The notes: generated from the letters alone by a model not told the origin. A DNA stretch of 64,000 bases from Candidatus Omnitrophota bacterium (GCA_041651115.1 JBAZJY010000001.1:5165-69164), one strand, 5' to 3'. Positions 47,018-57,246 are shown, counted from the stretch's first letter. Made by a program: numbers and translations.

Positions 47018-48576
47018 AAAATAATTTTAAGAAATTCTATATCACTACTCCGATCTATTACGTGAATGCCGCCCCGCACATCGGCCATTCCTATACTACG
47101 ATTGCCGCGGACGCCCTGACGCGCTATATGCGCGGCAAGCTGAATCCGGGAAGCGTCAGGTTCTTGACCGGCAGCGACGAGCATGGCCAGAAGATCCAGA
47201 AAGCAGCGGATGAGGCAGGCTTAAAGCCGCAGGAATTCGTGGATAAGGTCGTGGTGCAATTTAAAGACCTTTGGAAAAAACTGAATATTTCCAATGACGA
47301 TTTTATCCGCACTACTGAACACCGGCACATCCGCACTGTCCAGATAATATTGGATATCCTGCGTAAAAAAGGCGATATTTATCAGGCGGAATACGAAGGC
47401 TGGTATTGCCAGCCTTGCGAAACTTTCTGGCCGCAAACCCAGGTTACTGACCAGCTTTGCCCGGATTGCCAGCGGCCGGTGGAAAAGATTAAAGAACAGA
47501 ATTTCTTTTTTAAATTATCCAATTACCAGGACAGGCTCATAGAGCATATTACGAAAAACGAAGACTTTGTCCGGCCGGAAAGCCGCAGAAATGAAGTATT
47601 AAAATTTTTAGAGCAGCCGCTGACCGATCTTTGTATTTCCCGGCCAAAAGAGCGCTTGAGCTGGGGTATTCCTTTACCGTTTAGCCCGGATCACGTGACA
47701 TATGTTTGGTTTGACGCTTTGGTGAATTATCTTAGCGCCGTAGGTTCTTTTGACGACAAAGGTAATTACACTTCAGACTGGTGGCAGCCGGATTGCCGGG
47801 TGGTGCATTTTATGGCCAAGGATATTTTGCGGCAGCACGCGGTTTATTGGCCGGCAATGCTTATGGCTTTGCGCACAGCAGGGGTTTCCGGGATCAGGCT
47901 TCCGGATACGGTGTTTGCCCATGGCTGGTGGCTGATGGCGGATATGAAAATGTCCAAATCCCGGGGCAACGTGGTTTCGCCGTTTGAAATGATCAATAAA
48001 TACGGCCTGGATACTTACCGTTATTTCTTATTGCGCGACGTGCCGTTCGGCTCAGACGGGAATTTTTCCGAAGAGGCGATCGTTAAGCGGTTTAACAGCG
48101 ACCTTGCCAATGATTTAGGTAACCTTATTTATCGCACGCTGACAATGGTGGAAAAATATTATCAGGGAGAAGTCCCGCGCGTGAATATTCTAAGCACGGC
48201 CTATGACGCAAAAGGCGAGGCGATCAAGGCCCGCTTAAAAAAGCCGCTGAGCGATGAAATAGACGCGATCTTTCAGCCGGGGCAAAATTTTAATTTTTCC
48301 CAGGTGCTGGAAAAGGTCTGGGAACTGGTCAATATGGCTAACAAATACGTGGAAGAAACCAAGCCGTGGAATCTTGCCAAAGAAGGCAAGGCGGACCAGT
48401 TAAAGGCCTTTATCCGTTTGCTGGTAGAAGTCATACGCGACGTTACTATGCATCTTTATCCTTTTATGCCCCAAACCGTGGACATCATAGAAGAGCAATT
48501 GGGAACGGATATAATCAAGAAAGGTGATCCATTATTCCCTCGTATAGATACCAAACGGCCGTCACCTAATACCTGA
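47014..48576 (+). CDS. metG: Methionyl-tRNA synthetase (short form).
   Basis: PIYYVNAAPHIGH (HIGH), KMSKS, and a zinc-knuckle Cys cluster (CQPC...CPDC). Confidence 0.93.
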   Translation: MKNNFKKFYITTPIYYVNAAPHIGHSYTTIAADALTRYMRGKLNPGSVRFLTGSDEHGQKIQKAADEAGLKPQEFVDKVVVQFKDLWKKLNISNDDFIRTTEHRHIRTVQIILDILRKKGDIYQAEYEGWYCQPCETFWPQTQVTDQLCPDCQRPVEKIKEQNFFFKLSNYQDRLIEHITKNEDFVRPESRRNEVLKFLEQPLTDLCISRPKERLSWGIPLPFSPDHVTYVWFDALVNYLSAVGSFDDKGNYTSDWWQPDCRVVHFMAKDILRQHAVYWPAMLMALRTAGVSGIRLPDTVFAHGWWLMADMKMSKSRGNVVSPFEMINKYGLDTYRYFLLRDVPFGSDGNFSEEAIVKRFNSDLANDLGNLIYRTLTMVEKYYQGEVPRVNILSTAYDAKGEAIKARLKKPLSDEIDAIFQPGQNFNFSQVLEKVWELVNMANKYVEETKPWNLAKEGKADQLKAFIRLLVEVIRDVTMHLYPFMPQTVDIIEEQLGTDIIKKGDPLFPRIDTKRPSPNT

Positions 48577-48595
48577 CACCTACCACCTAACACCT

Positions 48596-49363
48596 ATGTT
48601 AATAGATACGCACTGCCATCTTGATTTTCCGGAGTTTGACAGTGACAGGGATGAAGTCCTAAAGCGCGCAAATCTTTCCGGCATTGGTTATGTCATCAAC
48701 GTTGGCTCAAGCATTGAAGGTTCGCGCAAGTCGCTTGAACTGGCAAATAAATATGGCTGCGTTTACGCGGTAGCCGGCATACACCCGCATGAGGCAGATA
48801 ACCCCGGCAAGGAAGCGATCGCGGAGATCAGGAAAATCGCTTTAAGCAGCAATAAAGTTGTGGCAATCGGCGAGATCGGCCTTGATTATTACAGGAATTT
48901 TTCAAAGGCCGAAAACCAGCAGCCACTTTTTGTTTCCCTGATTGAACTGGCCAAAGAATTAAATTTGCCGCTGGTCCTGCACAGCCGGCAGGCAGAGGCG
49001 GATACTTTAAGCATCCTTAAAAAATATCTGCCGCTTAAGGCAGTGGTGCATTGTTTTTCCGGGGGAGAAGAATTTTTAAAAGATTGCCTGGGCTTAGGAT
49101 TTTTCGTTTCGTTTACCTGCAATATCACTTATAAAAAAGCGGAAAATCTAAGGGCAGTAGCCAAGCTGGCGGCGCTGGAAAGAATAATGCTGGAAACCGA
49201 CTGCCCTTATTTGTCGCCGGAAGGCATGCGCGGCAAGAGGAATGAGCCATCGTCGGTTAAGCTGCTGGCGGAAGAGATGGCGAGAATAAAAGGCATCAGC
49301 CCGGAACAAGTTGCCGAGGCTACGACTGCCAATGCCGTACATTTTTTTAAACTAGAGACATAG
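48596..49363 (+). CDS. tatD: TatD-family metal-dependent DNase/hydrolase.
   Basis: IDTHCHLD, GEIGLDY, HSR, and HCFSG motifs. Confidence 0.9.
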   Translation: MLIDTHCHLDFPEFDSDRDEVLKRANLSGIGYVINVGSSIEGSRKSLELANKYGCVYAVAGIHPHEADNPGKEAIAEIRKIALSSNKVVAIGEIGLDYYRNFSKAENQQPLFVSLIELAKELNLPLVLHSRQAEADTLSILKKYLPLKAVVHCFSGGEEFLKDCLGLGFFVSFTCNITYKKAENLRAVAKLAALERIMLETDCPYLSPEGMRGKRNEPSSVKLLAEEMARIKGISPEQVAEATTANAVHFFKLET

Positions 49364-49466
49364 GTTAAGGTTAGGGCCAGGAAGCCGGTATGGCCTAATG
49401 GTTAAGGTTAGGTTGTTGCTACTTAACCATAACCTATTTACCATACTGGCCTCTTAACCTTAACCC
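49362..49466. repeat. Nested inverted-repeat element (about 105 nt) built from ggttaagg/ccttaacc units.
   Basis: aggttaaggttagggccag (49362-49380) pairs with ctggcctcttaaccttaacc (49446-49465). Inner arms ggtatgg/ccatac and ggttaaggttagg/taaccataacc also pair. Confidence 0.5.
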
Positions 49467-49486
49467 AATAACTTAACCAAGGAACT

Positions 49487-50611
49487 ATGAATACTAAGGT
49501 TGCTATAGTAAAGTGCGATACCTATGAGCAGCAAACGGTCTCAAGCCGGGTAAAAGAAGTTATTGATCTAGCCGGCGGGATCATCTCTTTTGTCAGGCCG
49601 CAATCCCGCGTCCTTGTTAAACCCAATCTCCTGATGCCGATCGGGCCGTCAGCCGGAATAAATACGCATCCGGAAGTTGTCCGCGCGGTGATCAGGGTAT
49701 TAAAAAGCATTGACTGCAAAGTTTTCCTCGGAGACGGGCCGTGCGCCTTAAAAGATATCCCGGACAAAATGGATGAAGTTTACGAAACATCCGGGATGAC
49801 GCGGGTTTGCTGGGAAGAAGGCGTTGAATTGCTCAAGTTTGAGCAGAAGCGCTGGCGGAAAAGATTCCCGCTTGCCGCCTTTTTGGATGAATGCGACCAC
49901 GTGGTCAATGTGCCGAAATTTAAAACCCATAATATGATGGTTTTGACCGGAGCGATCAAAAACCTCTTTGGCCTGGTTTGGCGCATGCATAAGATCGAAA
50001 TGCATAAAAAATATTTTTACCCTCCTGAATTTGCCGGGATCCTTGTGGATATTTACGAAGAAGTAAAGCCGGCTTTGACGGTAGTAGACGGCATCGTGGC
50101 AATGGAAGGAGACGGCCCGGCAACCAGCGGTAAGCTGCGCAAACAGAATATTATTGTAGCCGGAAAAGACTGCGTTGCTATAGACAGCGTGCTGGCTTCC
50201 ATTATGGGCCTTGAGCCGAAGGATATTTTAACTACCAAAGAAGCTGCTGAAAGGGGTTTGGGCGAGGCAGATATAAGATCCATTATCATTGAAGGAGAGC
50301 GGCTAAAGGACATCATTACTTCGCCTTTTGTCCTGCCTGCTTCGTCTTCCTTATTAAAAAAGATCCTGCCTAAGCCGATCCTGGACATGGCCAGGAAAAT
50401 GATCAAGTTCTATCCCTGCGTTGACCGGAAAAGATGCATCCGTTGCGCTGCATGCGTCAAAGGCTGCCCGAACAAAGCGATCAGCATGGGAGAGAAGGGG
50501 ATTGCTTTTGATTACACGAAATGTATTTCCTGTTTCTGCTGCCAGGAATTTTGCCCGGAGGCGGCAATTAAGGTAAGGAAGAACTGGTTTATGAAGATAG
50601 CTGGACTATAG
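49487..50611 (+). CDS. DUF362-domain protein with a C-terminal 2x[4Fe-4S] ferredoxin domain.
   Basis: N-terminal VAIVKCDTYE...VLVKPNLL...HPEVVRAV is the DUF362 signature. C-terminal CIRCAACVKGCP and CISCFCCQEFCP clusters. Confidence 0.75.
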   Translation: MNTKVAIVKCDTYEQQTVSSRVKEVIDLAGGIISFVRPQSRVLVKPNLLMPIGPSAGINTHPEVVRAVIRVLKSIDCKVFLGDGPCALKDIPDKMDEVYETSGMTRVCWEEGVELLKFEQKRWRKRFPLAAFLDECDHVVNVPKFKTHNMMVLTGAIKNLFGLVWRMHKIEMHKKYFYPPEFAGILVDIYEEVKPALTVVDGIVAMEGDGPATSGKLRKQNIIVAGKDCVAIDSVLASIMGLEPKDILTTKEAAERGLGEADIRSIIIEGERLKDIITSPFVLPASSSLLKKILPKPILDMARKMIKFYPCVDRKRCIRCAACVKGCPNKAISMGEKGIAFDYTKCISCFCCQEFCPEAAIKVRKNWFMKIAGL

Positions 50612-50657
50612 CAGCGGGTCCTGCCTGCCGATTCATCCCGCTGTGCATTGACACTTA

Positions 50658-50686
50658 TCTTCTTTTACCATATAATAGAAGTCTAA
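50658..50686 (+). promoter_or_regulatory. Sigma70-type promoter: TTGACA, 17-nt spacer, TATAAT, upstream of trpB.
   Basis: ttgacacttatcttcttttaccatataat, preceded by a cagcggg/cccgctg hairpin at 50612-50644. Confidence 0.55.
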
Positions 50687-50700
50687 AAAAAGGATAAGCG

Positions 50701-51879
50701 ATGTTACCGGATAAATTGGGGCATTTTGACGGTTTTGGAGGCAGGTTTGTTCCGGAAACCCTGATGTATGCCCTTGATGAGCTGGAAAAGGAATACCGCA
50801 AAGCAAAAAAAGACGCTTCTTTTCTCCGCGACTTTAATTATTACCTGCGTGAATACGCAGGCAGGCCCACCCCGCTTTTTTTCGCGAAAAAATTAAGCCA
50901 ATACCTCGGTTTTAAAGTCTATCTTAAGCGCGAAGACCTTTTGCATACCGGCGCGCATAAAATAAACAATACCATCGGCCAGGCCTTGCTTTGCCTAAGG
51001 ATGAAGAAGCAGCGCGTGATCGCGGAAACCGGCGCAGGCCAGCACGGGGTTGCCACTGCCACGGTTGCCGCGTTATTCGGCTTAAAGTGCGACGTGTATA
51101 TGGGCGAAGAAGACATCAGCCGCCAGGCCCTGAATGTTTACCGGATGAAATTATTAGGCGCCTCTGTCGTGCCGGTAAAAAGCGGTTCAAAGACGCTCAA
51201 AGACGCGATGACCGAGGCCTTGCGCGACTGGGTAACCAATGTGCGCCAGACCCATTATGTTATCGGCACAGTTGCCGGGCCGCATCCTTATCCTGAATTA
51301 GTCAGGGATTTTCAGTCGGTGATCGGAGCCGAGGCAAAAAAGCAGATCTTAGAAAAAGAAGGAAAGCTGCCGGACTACCTTGTTGCCTGCGTAGGCGGAG
51401 GCAGCAATGCCATGGGCTTGTTCCATACGTTCTTTAATGATAAAAAGGTCAAATTTATCGGAGTTGAAGCAGGCGGCAGGAGTAATAAGCCCGGCGAGCA
51501 CGCAGCCACCCTTGTTACCGCTTCTATCGGCGTGCTGCACGGCGCAAAATCCAACCTCCTGGAAGATAAATACGGGCAAGTCCTGCCTACACATTCAATC
51601 TCTGCCGGCTTGGATTATCCGGGAGTAGGGCCGGAACATGCCTATTACAAGAAGATCGGCCGGGCAACTTATGTTGCGGTAAACGACAAGGAAGCATTGG
51701 AAGGTTTTCAGCTGCTCTCGGAAAAAGAAGGGATCATTCCTGCCTTGGAATCGGCGCACGCGGTCTTTTACCTTACAAAATTGCGTAAGAAATTTAAAAA
51801 GAATTCCGTGGTGATCGTTTGCGTCTCCGGAAGGGGCGATAAGGACATGGGTATTGTCACGGAGAAATTAAGGATATAG
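50701..51879 (+). CDS. trpB: Tryptophan synthase beta chain.
   Basis: PLP-Lys region [17 protein letters not shown], collinear with TrpB1. Confidence 0.93.
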   Translation: MLPDKLGHFDGFGGRFVPETLMYALDELEKEYRKAKKDASFLRDFNYYLREYAGRPTPLFFAKKLSQYLGFKVYLKREDLLHTGAHKINNTIGQALLCLRMKKQRVIAETGAGQHGVATATVAALFGLKCDVYMGEEDISRQALNVYRMKLLGASVVPVKSGSKTLKDAMTEALRDWVTNVRQTHYVIGTVAGPHPYPELVRDFQSVIGAEAKKQILEKEGKLPDYLVACVGGGSNAMGLFHTFFNDKKVKFIGVEAGGRSNKPGEHAATLVTASIGVLHGAKSNLLEDKYGQVLPTHSISAGLDYPGVGPEHAYYKKIGRATYVAVNDKEALEGFQLLSEKEGIIPALESAHAVFYLTKLRKKFKKNSVVIVCVSGRGDKDMGIVTEKLRI

Positions 51880-52668
51880 ATGGCGCGCATAGAGCGAAAA
51901 TTTGTTGAATTAAAAAAATATAAGAAAAAGGCGTTTATCGCCTTTATCACCGCAGGTTACCCCAGCCTTTCAGCCACCGAAAAGCTTGTCGTTGAATTTG
52001 ACCGTATCGGCGTGGATATCGTGGAATTAGGAGTGCCGTTCTCCGACCCGATGGCTGACGGCCCAATGATACAGGAAGCGTCAAAGGCCGCGCTGGATAA
52101 AAAAGTCAATCTTCCGGATATTTTACGGCTGGTAAAAAAGATCAGGGGGCAGGCTTCCATACCTCTCTGCCTGATGACCTATTATAATCCCGTATTTTGC
52201 TACGGGCAGGAAAAATTTGCCAAAGATGCCGTAGCAGCCGGGGTTGACGGCGTAATTATTCCGGACCTTCCGCCTGATGAGGCAGGGGATTTTATCAAGC
52301 AGGCAAAGGCAAGCGGATTGGATACGATATTTTTAGCCGCGCCCACTTCCACGCCGGAGCGCATAAAGCTGATCGCAAAGGCCTCCCGCGGTTTTATTTA
52401 TTATGTGTCTTTGACCGGCGTTACCGGAGCGCGCAAGCAGCTTCCGCAGGATATTTCCCGCCAGATAAAAATTATCAAGAAATTTACCGCTAAGCCGGTA
52501 TGCGTGGGTTTTGGCGTTTCCAGCCGCAGCCAGGTGCAGGGGATCAGTAAGATCTCTGACGGCGCGATCGTCGGCAGCGCGATCGTAAAGAAGATCAAAG
52601 AGAATCTCAGCCGGCCGGATATGGTAAAAAGAGTAAGCAGCTTTGTTTCCAGTCTAAAAGGCAGATAA
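51880..52668 (+). CDS. trpA: Tryptophan synthase alpha chain.
   Basis: TIM-barrel TrpA motifs (ELGVPFSDPMADGP, YYVSLTGVTG). Confidence 0.9.
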   Translation: MARIERKFVELKKYKKKAFIAFITAGYPSLSATEKLVVEFDRIGVDIVELGVPFSDPMADGPMIQEASKAALDKKVNLPDILRLVKKIRGQASIPLCLMTYYNPVFCYGQEKFAKDAVAAGVDGVIIPDLPPDEAGDFIKQAKASGLDTIFLAAPTSTPERIKLIAKASRGFIYYVSLTGVTGARKQLPQDISRQIKIIKKFTAKPVCVGFGVSSRSQVQGISKISDGAIVGSAIVKKIKENLSRPDMVKRVSSFVSSLKGR

Positions 52669-52674
52669 GTAAAA

Positions 52675-53940
52675 ATGTATAAAAAAGATAAGTTAGCTAA
52701 CGGCTTAAGGGTGATTACCAATAATATGCCCGGCAGGGAGTCGGTATCCGTGGGTATCTGGATAAAAACCGGCGGCAGATATGAAACCGTGGTAAATAAA
52801 GGCATCAGCCACTATCTGGAGCATCTTTTATTCAAGGGCACAAAAAAATATTCCTGCCGCAAACTCAAAGAATCCATAGAAGGCGTAGGCGGTTCCCTGA
52901 ACGGCTTTACTTCCGAGGAGCTTACCTGTTATCTGGTAAAACTGCCGCGGCAGTACCTAGGGCAGGGCCTGGATATACTCTCCGATATGGTGATTAACCC
53001 GCTTCTGCCTGAAGCAGAAGTGGAGAAAGAGCGGACAGTGATCCTTGAAGAGCTGAAAATGTACCGCGACCTGCCGCAGAGCTATGTATATGACCTTTTA
53101 GATGAATTATTATGGCCGAAGCAGATCCTCGGGATGAGCGTTATCGGTTCTGTTGAGTCGGTAAATGCCATTAAGCGCGATGACCTGCGGCAGTACCTAA
53201 GCCTGCACTACACGCCGGCGAATATCGTAGTCAGCGCGGCCGGGGCGCTGTCCCACGATAAAGTCGTCAGGATGGCAAGAAAAGATTTTTCGCATCTTAA
53301 GCAGGGCAGTGTAAATACTTTTGTCGCGGCGCAAGAAGCGCAGGCCCAACCGCAATTAAAGCTGCTGCATAAAGATACCGAGCAGACGCATATTGCCATG
53401 GGGTTCCATAGTTTTAAACGGGAAGACCCGCTTAAATACGCGCAGGCGCTCCTGCATATAATATTGGGGGCAAATATGTCCAGCCGCCTCTTTAATGAGG
53501 TGCGCGAGAAAAAAGGCCTTGCCTATGAGATCGGCACCCAGGTCAAGCGTTTTGACGATACCGGGGCATTTCTTGTGCACGCCGGAATTGACAATCATAA
53601 AGTAAGCAAAGCCCTGAGGGTAATCTTAAAAGAGCTGAAGAAAATAACTGTCGGGCAAGTGTCCGCGGATGAATTTAAACGGGCAAAGGAATTTTACCTT
53701 GGCCAGCTTGAGCTTGCACTGGAAGATACAATGGACCATATGCTTTGGATCGGTGAAAGCACTGCCGCGTTAGATAGAGTCCATACCTTAAAAGAGGTGA
53801 TTAAAAAGGTAAATCAGGTCAGGCGCGAAGATATACGCCATACCAGCCGGATTATCTTTCAGGAAAATAAGATCAACCTGGCAATGATCGGGCCGCTTAA
53901 GGAGGAAAAGAGCATTATTAAAGAATTGAGGTTGGGTTAG
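52675..53940 (+). CDS. M16-family zinc peptidase (insulinase/pitrilysin-like).
   Basis: Inverted zinc motif HYLEHLLFKGT (HxxEH) plus a downstream E. Confidence 0.85.
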   Translation: MYKKDKLANGLRVITNNMPGRESVSVGIWIKTGGRYETVVNKGISHYLEHLLFKGTKKYSCRKLKESIEGVGGSLNGFTSEELTCYLVKLPRQYLGQGLDILSDMVINPLLPEAEVEKERTVILEELKMYRDLPQSYVYDLLDELLWPKQILGMSVIGSVESVNAIKRDDLRQYLSLHYTPANIVVSAAGALSHDKVVRMARKDFSHLKQGSVNTFVAAQEAQAQPQLKLLHKDTEQTHIAMGFHSFKREDPLKYAQALLHIILGANMSSRLFNEVREKKGLAYEIGTQVKRFDDTGAFLVHAGIDNHKVSKALRVILKELKKITVGQVSADEFKRAKEFYLGQLELALEDTMDHMLWIGESTAALDRVHTLKEVIKKVNQVRREDIRHTSRIIFQENKINLAMIGPLKEEKSIIKELRLG

Positions 53941-53941
53941 T

Positions 53942-54952
53942 ATGCTGTCTGTGCCGGTCATAGTAATCTCTCTTTTTATAATTACGTTGCTCTCATTTTT
54001 TATTTCCGCTTCGGAAACCGCTATCATTGGCTTAAGCAGGATACGGCTGCGCCACATGATCCTTAAAGGCGTTAAGCGCGCGCAGAGCATCCAGCGGCTT
54101 AATGCCAAGATGGACAGTTTTATTACCGCGATACTCGTCGTTAATAACTTCGTGAATATCGCGATGTCGGCGATGATCACCGCGATATGCGTGCAGGCGT
54201 TCGGTTTCAAGTGGGGGGTGCTCATTGCTACTTTGGCTTCCGGGCTTCTTATTGTTACGCTTTGCGAAATAACGCCAAAGATCCTTGCCATAAAGCATAC
54301 CGAAAAAGTCGCGGTTTTTGTCGCGCCGATCTGGGATGTATTTGTTGACGTATCCCGCCCGGTGATCGGATTTTTTACCGTGATCAGTAACTTTATCTTG
54401 AAAATATTCAGGATCGGGACGGGAAAACGGTCTCCGCTGATTACCGAAGAAGAACTGCGGATGATGATCGAGATCGGCAAGGAAGAAGGCGTTTTAAGCG
54501 ATGAAGAGCGCAAGATGCTGCATCGCATCTTTGAATTCGGCGATATCAAGGTAAAAGACGTGATGGTGGCGAGGGAAAAGATGATTGCCGTGGCGGCAAA
54601 TACCACTTCTGACCAGCTGTTGGATATCTTTGTGGAAGAGGGCCATGCGCGGCTGCCGGTTTATGAAGGTTCCAAAGCCAATATCATCGGAGTAATTTAC
54701 GCCCGCGACCTGCTTTATATCTTAAGGGATAAAGGCTTATTCCTGCTGCAGGACCTGCTGCATAAGCCTTATTTTGTGCGTGGATCTTTGAGGGTAAACG
54801 AGCTCCTGCGCACATTCCAGAAAGATAATGTCCAGATCGCGATAGTGGTGGATGAGCATAATAACGCGCTTGGCCTGGTAACCCTTGAGGATTTGCTTGA
54901 AGAGATCGTAGGTGAAATAGAAGAGAAGGTGCATCATAACGGCCGTAAATAA
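53942..54952 (+). CDS. CNNM/DUF21 plus CBS-pair transporter (HlyC/CorC family).
   Basis: N-terminal 4-TM DUF21 domain, then tandem CBS domains. No CorC_HlyC C-terminal domain. Confidence 0.8.
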   Translation: MLSVPVIVISLFIITLLSFFISASETAIIGLSRIRLRHMILKGVKRAQSIQRLNAKMDSFITAILVVNNFVNIAMSAMITAICVQAFGFKWGVLIATLASGLLIVTLCEITPKILAIKHTEKVAVFVAPIWDVFVDVSRPVIGFFTVISNFILKIFRIGTGKRSPLITEEELRMMIEIGKEEGVLSDEERKMLHRIFEFGDIKVKDVMVAREKMIAVAANTTSDQLLDIFVEEGHARLPVYEGSKANIIGVIYARDLLYILRDKGLFLLQDLLHKPYFVRGSLRVNELLRTFQKDNVQIAIVVDEHNNALGLVTLEDLLEEIVGEIEEKVHHNGRK

Positions 54953-54963
54953 AGCGGCAAATA

Positions 54964-54992
54964 TTGACACATCGGTTAAGCTATGGTATAGT
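54964..54992 (+). promoter_or_regulatory. Sigma70-type promoter: TTGACA, 17-nt spacer, TATAGT.
   Basis: ttgacacatcggttaagctatggtatagt, upstream of the small ORF. Confidence 0.55.
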
Positions 54993-55047
54993 AACAAAAA
55001 ATGCAAAGGCAACTAAGCGATTTGCCTGCTACTAAAGGAGGAGTAAG

Positions 55048-55197
55048 ATGGCGGAAAAAGGATATTGCGTAAAGTGCAAAGCTAGCAAAGAGATGAAGGA
55101 TGAGCAGAAGGTCACGATGAAGAACGGCCGCGCAGCAGTAAAAGGAAAATGCCCCGATTGCGGCACCGGCATGTATAGAATAATGGGTAAAAAATAA
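55048..55197 (+). CDS. Small (49-aa) zinc-ribbon protein; missed by the ORF track because it is under 60 aa.
   Basis: MAEKGYCVKCKASKEMKDEQKVTMKNGRAAVKGKCPDCGTGMYRIMGKK, with CxxC...CxxC. Strong RBS AAGGAGGAG and its own consensus promoter. Confidence 0.6.
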   Translation: MAEKGYCVKCKASKEMKDEQKVTMKNGRAAVKGKCPDCGTGMYRIMGKK

Positions 55198-55281
55198 CCT
55201 CTTTAGGGGGTAAGCAACATAGAAGCGAAGAAATTAGCACTGCGTATTGCAGCCGTCGCGAAATCAAAAAAGGCTCAAAAA

Positions 55282-55578
55282 GTGCATGTCCTTGACATGC
55301 GCGCTGTCTGCGGTTTCTGCGATTATTTCGTTATTGCCAGCGGCACTTCACTGCGGCATACAGGCGCGATAACTCAGGCCATAGATGAAGCAATGGATAA
55401 GGAGGGGGTAAGGTCCCTTTCCCGGGTTTCCTATAATGACGAATCCGGATGGATGGCGCTGGATTATTCCAGCGTTGTCGTTCATGTCTTCTACAAGCCG
55501 GTAAGGGAGTTCTACGCCCTTGAGCGGCTCTGGTCTGATGCCAAGAAGGTAAGAGTGCCTGCAAGCGCGGCAATATAG
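55282..55578 (+). CDS. rsfS: Ribosomal silencing factor RsfS (Iojap family). Translation probably begins upstream at a non-canonical codon (ATA at about 55219).
   Basis: DUF143/Iojap core. The conserved N-terminal helix (IEAKKLALRIAAVAKSKKAQKVHVLD) is encoded in frame upstream of the first canonical start, a GTG at 55282. An in-frame stop lies at 55204. AGGGGG sits 8 nt before the ATA. Confidence 0.75.
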   Translation: MHVLDMRAVCGFCDYFVIASGTSLRHTGAITQAIDEAMDKEGVRSLSRVSYNDESGWMALDYSSVVVHVFYKPVREFYALERLWSDAKKVRVPASAAI

Positions 55579-55602
55579 CCCACCCACCGGTCGGTAAGTA
55601 AA

Positions 55603-57237
55603 ATGATTAATACCCAGAACGATCTGCAGGCGCTGATACGGTCTTGCCTTAAGGAATTAGGCGAGTTCACGGCGGAGCCTGTGATCTATCTGGATATACC
55701 TCAAGACAGCCGTTTCGGGGACTTGACCACAAACGTTGCCATGCAATTGTCCCGGCAGCTGAAAAAATCCCCGCGGGAGATCGCCGCTGCCTTGATCAGC
55801 TGCATTCAAAAACACCTGCCTGCAAGCCCGTTAAAAGATCACATCAAAGAAATAAAGGTTGAAGGAGCCGGCTTTATTAATTTTTATTTTAATGACGGCT
55901 ATTTTTATCGTGAGCTTAAAGAGATCATTGCAAAGGGGAGTTCTGCCTTTAAACTGGATTTCGGCAAGGGCAAAAAAGTCCTTATTGAATTTGTCAGCGC
56001 CAATCCCACAGGGCCTCTTTCCGTAGCCCACGCGCGGCAGGCAGCAGTAGGCGATGCCTTGGCCAATGTCTTTAATTTTCTCGGATATAAAACTAAAAAG
56101 GAGTATTACCTTAATGACGAAGGCAACCAGATCAATATCCTCGGCCGTTCCGTAGGTTTGCGTATTAAGGAATTAAGGGGAGAAAAAATAGAATTTCCCG
56201 AAGACCATTATCAGGGCGATTATATCTATGATATTGCCCGCGAGGCGATCGCCAAAAATATAGAGGCTGATAAGCTGTCGGATTACGCGGCAAATTATAT
56301 CCTTGAGATCATTAAAAAAGAACTGGATGATTTCGGGGTGAAGTTTGATACCTGGTTCAGCCAGAAAGCGCTGGGCAAAAGCGGAAAAGTGGAAGCTGCC
56401 TTAGAAAATTTAAAAAAGCGGGGTTTTATCTACGAAGAAGAAGGCGCAGTCTGGTTTAAATCCACGGCTTTTGGCGATGATAAGGACCGTGTGGTGATAA
56501 AGAGCGACAAGTCTTATACCTACCTTACGCCCGATATCGCTTATCATCAGGAAAAATATCTCCGGGGGTTTGAGCAATTAATAAATCTCTGGGGCCCGGA
56601 TCATCACGGTTATATCAACCGGCTGAAAGCCTCGGTTGCCGCCTTTGGTAAGGACCCGGGATCTCTATCCATAATCATTGTGCAGCTGGCAACTATCTTC
56701 CGGGATGGAAAGCCCGTGCATATGTCCACGCGCCGCGGCCAGTATATTACCTTGCGCGAAGTGCTTGACGAAGTCGGCTGCGACGCGGCAAGGTATTTTT
56801 TCATTATGCGCCGGACCTCAAGCCATCTTGATTTTGACCTTGATGTCGCCAAGAATCAATCTTCGGAAAACCCGGTTTATTATGTCCAGTATGCCTACGC
56901 GCGCATCTCAAGCATCTTGCGCGAAGCAAAAGAGAATGCGGCCAAAACAGAGCCTGATTTGAGCCTGCTTAAAGAAAAAGAAGAAAAGGAATTGATCAGA
57001 AAATTATGCCAGTTTCCCTGCATGCTTAATATTTGTTTGAGCACCGAAGACCCCTATATGGTCACGGTTTATTTGCAGGCCCTGGCAGAAGCCTTCCATA
57101 AATTTTACGACTTGCACCGCGTGTTGGGCGAAGACAAGCAGTTGACCGCGGCGCGGCTGGCCTTGCTTTCTGCAACACGGATCGTGATCGCAACAGGCCT
57201 TGAGCTGCTCGGCGTATCAAGGCCGGAAAAGATGTAG
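55603..57237 (+). CDS. argS: Arginyl-tRNA synthetase.
   Basis: N-terminal Arg_tRNA_synt_N, a HIGH-like SANPTGPLSVAHAR region, and a DALR anticodon-binding C-terminus. Confidence 0.93.
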   Translation: MINTQNDLQALIRSCLKELGEFTAEPVIYLDIPQDSRFGDLTTNVAMQLSRQLKKSPREIAAALISCIQKHLPASPLKDHIKEIKVEGAGFINFYFNDGYFYRELKEIIAKGSSAFKLDFGKGKKVLIEFVSANPTGPLSVAHARQAAVGDALANVFNFLGYKTKKEYYLNDEGNQINILGRSVGLRIKELRGEKIEFPEDHYQGDYIYDIAREAIAKNIEADKLSDYAANYILEIIKKELDDFGVKFDTWFSQKALGKSGKVEAALENLKKRGFIYEEEGAVWFKSTAFGDDKDRVVIKSDKSYTYLTPDIAYHQEKYLRGFEQLINLWGPDHHGYINRLKASVAAFGKDPGSLSIIIVQLATIFRDGKPVHMSTRRGQYITLREVLDEVGCDAARYFFIMRRTSSHLDFDLDVAKNQSSENPVYYVQYAYARISSILREAKENAAKTEPDLSLLKEKEEKELIRKLCQFPCMLNICLSTEDPYMVTVYLQALAEAFHKFYDLHRVLGEDKQLTAARLALLSATRIVIATGLELLGVSRPEKM

Positions 57238-57246
57238 GCTTAGTCA

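Noticed and set aside
48577-48600. Low-complexity cacct/acct-rich run before tatD.
   Set aside because: It is very short, with no symmetry or recurrence. It is probably just a spacer or RBS context.
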